A program made the position numbers and the translations under genes. Below are positions 20,063 through 29,271 of a stretch of 64,000 bases of DNA, one piece after another. Each line of letters opens with the position of its first letter. Within the stretch, counting starts at the first letter, position 1. Origin of the DNA: Nitrosopumilus sp. (GTDB taxonomy: Archaea > Thermoproteota > Nitrososphaeria > Nitrososphaerales > Nitrosopumilaceae); the NCBI GenBank assembly GCA_963667665.2, contig OY763927.2, forward strand, positions 1,216,001 to 1,280,000, given 5' to 3'. The notes beneath the pieces were generated by a model. That model ran no database searches, was not told the DNA's origin, and saw nothing but the letters and a program-made list of their open reading frames with translations.

Positions 20063-20713
20063 ATGTCTGAAGAATATGTAATTTTAGTTGATGAAAATGA
20101 TAATCCAATCGGTACTGAAGAAAAAGTAAAGTGTCATTTGCCTAATGGAAAACTGCATAGAGCATTTACTGCTTTATTATTTGATGAAGACGGTAGATTA
20201 GTAATTACAAGACGAGCAAAAGAAAAGATGTTGTGGCCAAGTGATTGGGATGGAACATTTGCAAGTCACCCAAGAGAATCTGAAACTTATGTATCATCAG
20301 GCGAAAGAAGAATGCCTGAAGAATTAGGAATTGAAGGAAAATTAGATTATTTACACAAATTTGAGTATCATATATCTTTCAAAGATGTGGGTTCTGAAAA
20401 TGAAATTTGTGGAACATTAATTGGAATAATTGATAAATCTACAGAACTAAAAGAAATTGAAGGGGAAATAGATGAAATTAAGTGGATTTCTGCAAAAGAG
20501 TTACTTTTAGAATTAAAGACAAATCCTCAAATTTATTGTCCATGGATGCTTATTGCTTTAGTATTATTAGATAAATCTGAGCAATCTATGCTTGAAAAGC
20601 ATGAAAATGTCTTATCTACATGGATGAATAATGAAGTTCATGATAGATTGCATGAAGCAATCAAGACACATTTACCAAAAGACAAGTGGAGATTAGTAAA
20701 TGGAAAAAAATAA
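20063..20713 (+). CDS. idi: Isopentenyl-diphosphate delta-isomerase, type 1 (Nudix fold)
   Basis: VILVDENDNPIG, LHRAF, WDGTFASHP, EELGI, ENEICG; ATG at 20063. Confidence 0.88.
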   Translation: MSEEYVILVDENDNPIGTEEKVKCHLPNGKLHRAFTALLFDEDGRLVITRRAKEKMLWPSDWDGTFASHPRESETYVSSGERRMPEELGIEGKLDYLHKFEYHISFKDVGSENEICGTLIGIIDKSTELKEIEGEIDEIKWISAKELLLELKTNPQIYCPWMLIALVLLDKSEQSMLEKHENVLSTWMNNEVHDRLHEAIKTHLPKDKWRLVNGKK

Positions 20714-21680
20714 TCCAATTGAAAAAAATGCAAAAATAGTAAACAAGTCTCTTAATTCAAAACTAAAAGGAAATCCAAAGAGACTCTATGATGCAGCTGG
20801 TCACTTGATTATTCATGGTGGAAAAAGACTTAGACCATATATGGTAATTAGAAGTTGTCAAATTTTAGGAGGTAAAGTTTCTAATGCAATGCTTGCTGCA
20901 AGTGCTGTAGAAATGGTTCATAACTTTACTTTAGTTCATGATGATATAATGGATAATGATGAGATGCGTCACGGAGTTCCAACTGTACATAAAAAATTTG
21001 GAATGTCAGTTGCAATTCTAGCTGGTGATGTTTTATTTTCAAAAGCTTTTCAAATAATTACTGAATCAAAATTATCTGCAAATGCTACTACTAAATTAGT
21101 TTCCAGACTATCAAAAGCATGTGTAGATGTATGTGAAGGTCAGTTACTTGATGTAAAGATGGCCGAAGATAAAAAAATTCCAACACAAACAGACTACATT
21201 ACAATGATTAGTAAAAAGACTGCAGCGTTATTTGATGTATCATGTGCAATGGGAGCTATTTGTGCCACAAACAAATCTAGCGACATTTCAAATCTTTCAT
21301 CATTTGGAAAAAATTTAGGAATTGCATTTCAGATAACTGATGACCTAATAGGAGTTATGGGAGATCCTAAAATTACAAAGAAACCTGTTGGAAACGATCT
21401 TAGAGAAGGTAAAAAATCACTTCCAATTCTAATGGCAATAAAATCAGCAAAAGGCAAAAACAAAAAAATAATTCTAAAGGCATTTGGAAATTCCAAGGCA
21501 ACAAGAAATGATCTAAATAAGGCGGTAGAAGTAATTCGCTCTCTTGGAATTGAAGAAAATGTTAGAAAACAGGCTCTAAAATATGCAGAAAAAGCAGAAA
21601 AATCATTGGGAAAGTATTCAGGCTTTGCTAAAACAGAACTAATCACATTATTGGATTTTGTAGTTATGAGAAGTGTATAG
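20700..21680 (+). CDS. Geranylgeranyl diphosphate synthase (short-chain polyprenyl synthase)
   Basis: GGKRLRP, FTLVHDDIMD (Phe at -5), GQLLD, KKTA, FQITDD. Confidence 0.92.
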   Translation: MEKNNPIEKNAKIVNKSLNSKLKGNPKRLYDAAGHLIIHGGKRLRPYMVIRSCQILGGKVSNAMLAASAVEMVHNFTLVHDDIMDNDEMRHGVPTVHKKFGMSVAILAGDVLFSKAFQIITESKLSANATTKLVSRLSKACVDVCEGQLLDVKMAEDKKIPTQTDYITMISKKTAALFDVSCAMGAICATNKSSDISNLSSFGKNLGIAFQITDDLIGVMGDPKITKKPVGNDLREGKKSLPILMAIKSAKGKNKKIILKAFGNSKATRNDLNKAVEVIRSLGIEENVRKQALKYAEKAEKSLGKYSGFAKTELITLLDFVVMRSV

Positions 21681-21699
21681 TTACAATAGGTGAATCAGC

Positions 21700-23409
21700 A
21701 TGGATAAAGAATTAAAAAAAGAAATTAGGAAAATGGCCCTTCAAAATGCATTTGAGCATGGAGGACAAACTCAAGATAAAATAATTTTGGGAAAAATTCT
21801 TGGAACTAAACCAGTATTTAGAACTAAAGTAAAAGAAATTACAGAAGATATTTCTGAAATTGTTGCAAATGTAAATCAGTTATCATCAGAAGAACAAAAA
21901 AAAGAAATTGATGAAAACTTTCCAGAAATTTTAGCACCTAAAGAAAAAATCAAAGGAAGAGAAGGCCTTCCAGAATTAGAAGGAGCTGAACAAGGAAAAG
22001 TCATTACAAGATTTCCTCCTGAACCAAATGGCTATCCGCACATAGGACATGCAAAAGCTGCCATCATTAATTCAGAATATGCAAAGATGTATGGTGGAAA
22101 ATTTATTCTAAGAATGGATGACACAAATCCTGAAGCAGAGAGAATGGAGTATCATGCAGCTATCAAAGTTGGATTAGAGTGGATAGGAATAAAATTTGAC
22201 ACTGTAAAAAGTACTTCAGATGATATGGAAGTATTTTATGAGAAAGGTATAGAATTAATCAATTCTGGAAAAGCTTACGTTTGTACTTGTAAAAGAGACA
22301 ACATCAGTAAGAACAGAAGAGAAAGAAAAGCTTGCAAGTGCAGTATGGGAGATATTGACAAAAATAATAAAAATTGGGAAAAGATGAAAGAAAAATACAA
22401 ACCTGGTGATGCAATTCTAAGATTTCGTGGAGACATGAAAGCAGATAATGCAGTCATGAGAGATCCAGTATTATTCAGAATAATTGATGAAAGTCATTAC
22501 ACATTAGGTAAAAAATATAGAATTTGGCCTAGTTATGATTTTGCAGTTGCAATTGAAGATAGTATTGATGGAATTACACATGCTTTTCGTTCAAAAGAAT
22601 TTGAACTAAGAAAAGAGCTAACTGATGCAATCTTAGATGCATTAAACATGAGAAAGCCATACCAAGGATTTTTCTCCAGATTAGAATTCAAAGGAATGCC
22701 AATTTCAAAAAGAATCATCAAGCCATTGATTGAAGAAGGCAAGGTTTCATGGTATGATGATCCAAGACTACCAACTCTTGAGGCACTTAGAAGAAGAGGG
22801 ATTAGACCAGAGGCTATCAGAAAATTCATTCTATCTTTAGGGTTAACCAAAGCAAATACTCTTGCTCCATTTGATGCACTTGAAGCATTTAATAGAAAAT
22901 TTGTGGATGCTGAAAGTACAAGATTATTCATGGTAAGCAATGCAAAAAAATTAACAGTGAAAAATTTACCAATATCATCAGTTGAAATTCCTAACCATCC
23001 AATTAATGACATGGGGAAAAGAAAAATTGAGATTGATGAAAATTTTTATATTTCTGGAGATGATGCACTAAACATAAAACAAGGAATGAAGATTAGACTT
23101 TTAGGATTAGGAAATGTTTCCATTACAAAAGTCGGTACAGAATTTGAAGGTGAGTTTATTGAAGAGAAAGAAACAAAAGATATTTTGAAAATTCAATGGG
23201 TATCACAAAAAACTGCACATGAAATTAAGATGATCATTCCAAAAGCATTATTCATTGGTGATGAATTTAATGAAGAAAGTTTAGAAGAATTAGATGTTTT
23301 TACAGAACCATATTATCTACAATTAAAAGAAGGGGAAGAAATACAATTTGTCAGATTTGGATATTGTAGAAAAGATTCACAGAATCAAGCGATTTTTACA
23401 CACAAGTGA
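21700..23409 (+). CDS. gltX: Glutamate--tRNA ligase
   Basis: TRFPPEPNGYPHIGH, RMDDTNP, QFVRFGY. Confidence 0.96.
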   Translation: MDKELKKEIRKMALQNAFEHGGQTQDKIILGKILGTKPVFRTKVKEITEDISEIVANVNQLSSEEQKKEIDENFPEILAPKEKIKGREGLPELEGAEQGKVITRFPPEPNGYPHIGHAKAAIINSEYAKMYGGKFILRMDDTNPEAERMEYHAAIKVGLEWIGIKFDTVKSTSDDMEVFYEKGIELINSGKAYVCTCKRDNISKNRRERKACKCSMGDIDKNNKNWEKMKEKYKPGDAILRFRGDMKADNAVMRDPVLFRIIDESHYTLGKKYRIWPSYDFAVAIEDSIDGITHAFRSKEFELRKELTDAILDALNMRKPYQGFFSRLEFKGMPISKRIIKPLIEEGKVSWYDDPRLPTLEALRRRGIRPEAIRKFILSLGLTKANTLAPFDALEAFNRKFVDAESTRLFMVSNAKKLTVKNLPISSVEIPNHPINDMGKRKIEIDENFYISGDDALNIKQGMKIRLLGLGNVSITKVGTEFEGEFIEEKETKDILKIQWVSQKTAHEIKMIIPKALFIGDEFNEESLEELDVFTEPYYLQLKEGEEIQFVRFGYCRKDSQNQAIFTHK

Positions 23410-23415
23410 TCAAGT

Positions 23416-24285
23416 ATGAAAATAGTGAGATTATTACATGAAAATATTGAAACATATGGTTTCGTTAAAGGAGATAAAGTAGCCACAAAAGATGAAATTA
23501 CTTTTCTAACAGGAATTCCAATTCCATTTACTGTAAAAGAATTTCTTTTTGATGGATGGTATGATGAAATCAAAAACAAGATTGGAGATTTGCCATATGA
23601 AGAAAATATTTCAAAATTCAAATTATTATCACCAATCCAAAATCCAAATAAAATAATCTGTTTGGCATTCAACTATTCAGACCATGCTGAAGAACAAGGA
23701 TTGCAAGCACCTGAAGATCCAGTCATTGTGATTAAACCACGAACAACACTAACTAGTACTGAATCAGATATTGTATGCCCAGATTTTGTTTCAGAATTAG
23801 ACTATGAAGTAGAATTAGCCGTGATTATTGGAAAAAACTGCAAAAATGTCAGTGCAGAGGATGCATCAAAGGCTGTATTTGGATATATGGTATTCAATGA
23901 TGTTTCTGCTAGAGATATTCAATTCAAAGATAAACAGTTTACTAGAGGAAAGAGTTTTGATACGTTTGCACCATGTGGTCCATGGATTACAACAGCTGAT
24001 GAAATCAAAGATGCCCAAAATCTAAAGATGACAACCAAAATTAATGGAGAATTAAGACAAAACTCTTCTACAAGTAAAATGTTTTTAAAAATCCCTGAAA
24101 TTGTTTCAAAAATTTCCAAAGTCATGACTTTAGAAAAAGGAGACATTATTGCTACAGGAACACCAGCAGGTGTAGCACTAAAGAATCCAAATGTAGAATT
24201 TTTGAAAGACGGAGATAAAGTTGAAATGGAAATTGAGGGTCTTGGAATTTTAAAAAATACAATAAAGTTTGTTAAATCAGACTAA
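23416..24285 (+). CDS. Fumarylacetoacetate hydrolase family protein
   Basis: LDYEVEL, NDVSARD, GKSFDTF, GDIIATGTPAGV. Confidence 0.93.
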   Translation: MKIVRLLHENIETYGFVKGDKVATKDEITFLTGIPIPFTVKEFLFDGWYDEIKNKIGDLPYEENISKFKLLSPIQNPNKIICLAFNYSDHAEEQGLQAPEDPVIVIKPRTTLTSTESDIVCPDFVSELDYEVELAVIIGKNCKNVSAEDASKAVFGYMVFNDVSARDIQFKDKQFTRGKSFDTFAPCGPWITTADEIKDAQNLKMTTKINGELRQNSSTSKMFLKIPEIVSKISKVMTLEKGDIIATGTPAGVALKNPNVEFLKDGDKVEMEIEGLGILKNTIKFVKSD

Positions 24286-25053
24286 AGATTTCTTCATTAA
24301 ATTAAATGAAATTTTATGTTCTAATGAATCAAAAATAGGTAATTGTTCTTTAGTCAAAATTTGTATTCTTTCATAATTTTTCTCCATACCATAATTTTGT
24401 AAAAAGGAAATTACTTGTAATGTGGTGTTTTGTGAGCCTGAAAATAATGTAACAATCAAAGTTTTATCAAAATGTTCGGAATCAGTAAAAATTGCAATTG
24501 AATTTTTACCATCCACATAAGATTTGACAATTTTATTTTGTTCATAAAATGTAGATAATGTATCATCATCAATAGGAAGCCATCTCCAAGATTTTACATA
24601 ATGAGAACATAATTGACGATTTAGAGATTTTTCAAAATAGATATCATAATTTGGATTTTTTTTTGGCATAAGAGAGTAAAAATTCCATGTTTGAAAGATG
24701 GCATAATCTAAAGAATGTGCCATTAAGTGAGATGAAGTGTTTTCAGTATCAATTAACATAAAGGAAAATGAGGCACCATTTTCTAGTCCAATTGATTCAG
24801 CATGTTTTACTAGTTTGGATGCAATTTTTTGTCTTCGAAAATTTGGATCTATCCTAATTCCTTCAATCCAAATTTGGTCTTCTGAGTAAAATGCATGACA
24901 TATTCCAATGGGAAACTGTTTTTCAAATAATAGTAAATTACCTTCTGATAACCAAGAATCCCAGACTTGTTCTACATAGTCTCCCCAAGAAAAAGTATTT
25001 TTACAAAATTTCAAAACTGGAATTTTATCTAAATCGTTTGCTTCTCTAATCAT
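24277..25053 (-). CDS. GNAT family N-acetyltransferase
   Basis: WIEGIRIDPNFRRQKIASKL; ATG at 25053. Confidence 0.85.
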   Translation of the reverse strand: MIREANDLDKIPVLKFCKNTFSWGDYVEQVWDSWLSEGNLLLFEKQFPIGICHAFYSEDQIWIEGIRIDPNFRRQKIASKLVKHAESIGLENGASFSFMLIDTENTSSHLMAHSLDYAIFQTWNFYSLMPKKNPNYDIYFEKSLNRQLCSHYVKSWRWLPIDDDTLSTFYEQNKIVKSYVDGKNSIAIFTDSEHFDKTLIVTLFSGSQNTTLQVISFLQNYGMEKNYERIQILTKEQLPIFDSLEHKISFNLMKKSLV

Positions 25054-25102
25054 TATTGTCACTGTACAAAACAATATTAAGAATAATCAAATAAAAACTA
25101 CA

Positions 25103-25411
25103 ATGGGAAAAATTATAGCTGGTAAAATATCAGATATTCCTCCTGGAAAGATGATCAAGGTTTCTATTGATGGAAAAGACATCTTAGTTGCAAATATTGA
25201 TGGTAAATATTGTGCAACTGATGATTCTTGTACTCATTCAGGTTCCAGTCTATCAGAAGGAAAATTAGATGGATGTACAATTACATGTGGTTGGCATGGT
25301 GCACAATTTGATAGTAAAACAGGGAAATTAGTTAAATTCCCAACAAAAATTAGAGATTTGACATCATACAATGTTGTGGTAGAATCAGACGACGTGTTTG
25401 TAGAGATGTGA
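25103..25411 (+). CDS. Rieske [2Fe-2S] ferredoxin
   Basis: CTH...CGWHG. Confidence 0.93.
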   Translation: MGKIIAGKISDIPPGKMIKVSIDGKDILVANIDGKYCATDDSCTHSGSSLSEGKLDGCTITCGWHGAQFDSKTGKLVKFPTKIRDLTSYNVVVESDDVFVEM

Positions 25412-25447
25412 CTATATACTGCTAATTTTTAAGAAAAGGTGTTAAAA

Positions 25448-25717
25448 ATGGTAGACGACGCTCAAAATAAAGAATCAATGAAAGAAGCAATTGAAACATT
25501 AAACCAAATTGCATCCAATAATTCTACTCCAAAGACAATTAGAAAATCAGTTTCGGATTTGATTGGAGATTTGAGTAAGGAAGGAGATTCATTATCAGTA
25601 AGAGCCGCAAATACAATTAGTCTACTAGATGACGTAACACAAGATCCCAACATGCCTTCATACGTTAGAACACAGTTATGGCAAGCGGTTTCAAAATTAG
25701 AAAGTATAAGAGAATAA
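25448..25717 (+). CDS. UPF0147 family protein
   Basis: TPKTIR...SVRAANTISLLDDVTQDPNMPSYVRTQLW. Confidence 0.88.
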   Translation: MVDDAQNKESMKEAIETLNQIASNNSTPKTIRKSVSDLIGDLSKEGDSLSVRAANTISLLDDVTQDPNMPSYVRTQLWQAVSKLESIRE

Positions 25718-25742
25718 ATTCTCTCATGTAGAAATAATACTA

Positions 25743-26504
25743 TTGAAAATTGAGGAATATTTAGAAACACTTCCAGAAAATTTACTTAGTGGGGAAGACG
25801 TTCAGCTACCAGAAAAATCTTTTAGAGAAATTTTCAAATTTATAGATTTAGGGGAAAATGATATTTTTTATCATTTAGGTTGTGGTAATGAAAAAGGAAT
25901 AGAGATAGCAGTAAAAGAGTTCAAAGTAAAAAAAGCTGTAGGGATAGATAACAATCCTGAAAAAATTCAACATGGAAAAGAAATTCTTGAACAAAAAAAT
26001 ATTCAAGGACAATTAGTTTGTAAAAATATAGAAGAATCAGATATCTCAGATGCTACAGCAATTTTGTTCTGGTTCACAGATGATAATGTGATTAATCAAA
26101 TGTTAGGAAAATTTGAAAAACTAAAACCAGAAACAAAAATAATTACAATTTGGGGACCACTTCCAGATTGTATTCCAGATAAAGTAAATTTTCCATACAT
26201 TATCAACAAAATACCATTCAAAAAAGCACAAAGTATGAAAGAACAGGTATTAGCAATTTTTGGCGTAAAATGCATAGATTTTGTCACAGCATGGGAATTT
26301 GCAGAAAGATATACAAAATCTATTGGAACCCCTGAAATTAAAAATGATCGATTTTTGACAATCATACAGACATTAATGATTTGGATTAATGCAAAAAAAT
26401 TAGGAGTTGCTTGTGGTGAAGAGATTCCAGAAGCTATTCAAACTTATATCAATATCATGAAAATGCAATTTGACATTGATTTTGAATATCTTTTAAAAGA
26501 ATAA
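25743..26504 (+). CDS. Class I SAM-dependent methyltransferase-like protein
   Basis: FYHLGCG, AVGIDN, DISDATAI; extra C-terminal helical domain. Confidence 0.75.
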   Translation: MKIEEYLETLPENLLSGEDVQLPEKSFREIFKFIDLGENDIFYHLGCGNEKGIEIAVKEFKVKKAVGIDNNPEKIQHGKEILEQKNIQGQLVCKNIEESDISDATAILFWFTDDNVINQMLGKFEKLKPETKIITIWGPLPDCIPDKVNFPYIINKIPFKKAQSMKEQVLAIFGVKCIDFVTAWEFAERYTKSIGTPEIKNDRFLTIIQTLMIWINAKKLGVACGEEIPEAIQTYINIMKMQFDIDFEYLLKE

Positions 26505-26539
26505 TCGGTGTAAGCCTTTTATTTTGTTTTGATGTAATA

Positions 26540-26893
26540 TTGAATATGGAAAGTAGAATTAACATCAATGTTTCTACAGTAGATTATGATAAAACAAGTA
26601 AAGCATTAACTCATCAACTAGTTCTTTTAGAAGAAATGGTTCATAGTAAAGAAGATTTTGTTATGACTGATTCTGAATTTGCATTTGGTTGGCACTTTTT
26701 TGTATTAAGTGTGAATAAATCGCTTGTTGAAAAATTGATCGAAATTATGGGAGCAGATTTTAATAAACTAAAAGGAAAAGGAATTGAAAAAAAATTTCTT
26801 ACATGGTTAACAAAGAATGTAGAAACCAAGTCTCCACGATTCAAACTTGCCATCAAAGAAGAAATGGAATCTAGTAAATTCGGTATTTTCTAA
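26540..26893 (+). CDS. Hypothetical protein
   Basis: 117-aa ORF with host-like codon usage. Confidence 0.75.
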   Translation: MNMESRININVSTVDYDKTSKALTHQLVLLEEMVHSKEDFVMTDSEFAFGWHFFVLSVNKSLVEKLIEIMGADFNKLKGKGIEKKFLTWLTKNVETKSPRFKLAIKEEMESSKFGIF

Positions 26894-27024
26894 AAATTAG
26901 GTATGAAAAAGGATTGATTTTTACTCATTAAGGCAAATGATCCCAAAATCTTCAAATTATATCTAGAATTAATATTTAAAATTCTTTTAGAAAATTTTAT
27001 CATCTAGAATGATTATCAATTATT

Positions 27025-27372
27025 ATGGATATACAAAAAGCAGTTGAAAAAATTTTGAAGGTAAGCCCATCTGTCAGAGTAGTCAGTGTGGTTGATCTCA
27101 AAGGAAAAGTGGTATTTTCAGAACGTGCTAAGAAAGTGAAAATTTTGGTGTCAAAGAAACAGAGCTTGGCATCATTAAAGGCAGCAGCAAATGATTGGAA
27201 ACAACGAAAAAAACTAGTAAAAACGCTTGGTACATGCAAGTATGTTGTTGCAGAATATGACACGATAAAGAGGATAATTATGCCTGCAGGAAGAAATCAT
27301 ATTTTGTATGTAACTACTACTGCAGCTTTAGATCATAACAAAGTAGTTCGTAAAGTACGCTCTTTAAAGTAA
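27025..27372 (+). CDS. Roadblock/profilin-like thaumarchaeal protein (DUF6659-like), highly basic
   Basis: ILKVSPSVRVVSVVDLKGK...LGTCKYVVAEYDTIKRIIMP...HILYVTT pattern; followed by a T-tract. Confidence 0.7.
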   Translation: MDIQKAVEKILKVSPSVRVVSVVDLKGKVVFSERAKKVKILVSKKQSLASLKAAANDWKQRKKLVKTLGTCKYVVAEYDTIKRIIMPAGRNHILYVTTTAALDHNKVVRKVRSLK

Positions 27373-27487
27373 TCAAAACAATTCTATTTTTTTTTACAGT
27401 TTATTCAAGCTAGATCATTAGTTATTTTAAAAAAATTTTAGTGACAATACATTTTGTTGATTGTCTTTTTTAGATTAGTCACTGAAT

Positions 27488-27754
27488 TTATTTGAGTTTT
27501 CTTTTTCCAGTTCCTCTACCAGAACTAACCCACATACCTTTTGTATCAGGTCTCTTTTTTGGTTCAGATATATCACTGAAACTTATTTTACCAGTTCCTC
27601 TACCAGAAGTGATATATTTTATACCACTGTCTTTAGCTTTTGCTTTAGCTGCTTCTTGGATTTGTTTATATTCTTCACCAGTCCACTTTGTAGCATCACT
27701 GTCAACTTCAATAATTCTAGTGCCTCTTCCGGATCGTACTCTTATTTTGACCAT
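27488..27754 (-). CDS. Small basic protein with three SGRGT motifs, paralog A (88 aa)
   Basis: MVKIRVRSGRGTRIIEVD...ITSGRGTG...VSSGRGTGKRKLK; start set by alignment with the paralog at 31102. Confidence 0.9.
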   Translation of the reverse strand: MVKIRVRSGRGTRIIEVDSDATKWTGEEYKQIQEAAKAKAKDSGIKYITSGRGTGKISFSDISEPKKRPDTKGMWVSSGRGTGKRKLK

Positions 27755-28034
27755 ATTAATCACATATAATATAGAAATTCTCATTAATAAAATTTCGAAA
27801 AAGCGCAATTTTTGGAAAATTTGTCGTATTAAATGATTTAATTAAATTATGTATAAAAAATTCAAATTATTTTCTTAGTGAAAGGTTTTAGAATTTTTAT
27901 GATTCATAAAATTATGTAGACCCTCGAGGTGACTTGTCAAGTTAGTTCATGGCCCTTACAAGAATTAACAGTAAAACCTTATTCTATGCCTAAAATTTGA
28001 CCTTAAAACAAATTTCATATGTGATTATTCTCAA

Positions 28035-28142
28035 TTAAAATTTGGAAATTTTTTCATGTATATCATAAAGATCTAATTTCTGATCTAATACAGCAGAGGC
28101 CACAACAGTTACAATTTCAATTATGGGTTTAGTAAATGTCAT
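28035..28142 (-). pseudogene. tbp: Truncated TATA-box-binding protein (TBP) remnant
   Basis: MTFTKPIIEIVTVVASAVLDQKLDLYDIHEK matches the TBP N-terminus (TKPI...NVVASA..DQK.DL..I...FP); removing one A from an A6 run gives HEKFPN; no further TBP sequence follows. Confidence 0.7.
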
Positions 28143-28204
28143 CAAGAATCACACTAAAGAAACTATATTTAAAGAAATTTAAAATGGATTGTTAGATGTG
28201 TTTT

Positions 28205-28285
28205 ATGGTTACTTGTGATAAATGCTATCACGAATATCATGATCAATGCATGGGAAAAGTAGGAATGTTTGACTGTGATTGCTAG
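28205..28285 (+). CDS. 26-aa Cys/His-rich microprotein (possibly truncated by a nonsense codon)
   Basis: MVTCDKCYHEYHDQCMGKVGMFDCDC* followed in frame by CLKK*; alternative ATG at 28196; AT-rich TATA-like element about 30 nt upstream. Confidence 0.5.
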   Translation: MVTCDKCYHEYHDQCMGKVGMFDCDC

Positions 28286-28311
28286 TGTTTGAAAAAATAG
28301 TTTTTCTAGAA

Positions 28312-29112
28312 TTATTTTCTGATTTCTATTAAAATATTCTCATCAAACCATCTGATCTGCTCTAAATCATCAAAATTATTCTTGATGTTTTGTTGAAATA
28401 TTTCAAGAGATTCATCAAATGTTTCTTTATCATATAGAGCAAAAGTAGAATAGTGGTTGTTTTGAGCTTGGTGAACTAGTCTATCAAGACTAGAGGTTCT
28501 AGAATGTCCAAATACTCGGGTGGAATTAATATGTATATCTGCATTTTGTATATGGTGTTCTAATTCATCTAGTTCGTACAAACGATCTTCTTTCTCTGTA
28601 AATAATGGAAAGTGTTCTCCCCAAATACTTCTAGAATTTTGATTTCTTAGTCTAGTGTATATGAAAAGATGTCCATCATCTTTGAGTGTTCGTAATGATT
28701 CAGACAAAAACTTTGGAACATCAAAATGGTGAATTGTATTAAAGGTAACAATGCAATCCATTGAATTATTCTCTAGTGGTAGTCTGTTTGCATCACCCAG
28801 TCTTACACAAAAGTTTGTAGTGTTCTCCTCTACAAGATAACTCTCTAATGATTCTAACATTTTTTCATTATAATCCACACAGTGAATATAAAATGAAGCA
28901 TCAAAGCATTTCAAAAACTCTAGGGAATACCGTCCATCTCCACAACCAACATCTGCCATGTTGATTTTCTGTTTTTCTTTTAGTTTGTCTTTTATGTGTA
29001 GGATTGGTTTTGTATCCAATGTTCTTACACTTCGATATTTTGAGGCAATAGTTGAAAAGTGAGTATGCATATCTTGCGAGTTTAATTTAATTTCATTTTG
29101 TATTCTTGACAA
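28312..29112 (-). CDS. Class I SAM-dependent methyltransferase (Methyltransf_11-like)
   Basis: ADVGCGDG, HCVD, LGDANRLPL, NTIHHFD, RTLKDDG. Confidence 0.9.
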   Translation of the reverse strand: MSRIQNEIKLNSQDMHTHFSTIASKYRSVRTLDTKPILHIKDKLKEKQKINMADVGCGDGRYSLEFLKCFDASFYIHCVDYNEKMLESLESYLVEENTTNFCVRLGDANRLPLENNSMDCIVTFNTIHHFDVPKFLSESLRTLKDDGHLFIYTRLRNQNSRSIWGEHFPLFTEKEDRLYELDELEHHIQNADIHINSTRVFGHSRTSSLDRLVHQAQNNHYSTFALYDKETFDESLEIFQQNIKNNFDDLEQIRWFDENILIEIRK

Positions 29113-29271
29113 GGATTACGATGACTTTTTGCCCTATATGAAGCCACTAGTTTTTCAATCAATTTAACATGAAAAGAACCAAAAAAACTAGATTCTTGAC
29201 GATAAAATCAAAATTTGGATTCTATATGATAAAAATAAAGAGATAATATACAATGCAGCGTAATATCCAAT

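Noticed and set aside
27790-27822. Imperfect AT-rich inverted repeat upstream of SGRGT paralog A
   Set aside because: Arms are mismatched and mostly A/T runs; likely chance at this base composition
27492-27836. Antisense ORFs 27492-27836 (+) and 31095-31307 (-) with repeated PVPLP motifs that also resemble each other
   Set aside because: They are shadows of the SGRGT genes: substitutions between the paralogs are synonymous in the SGRGT frame
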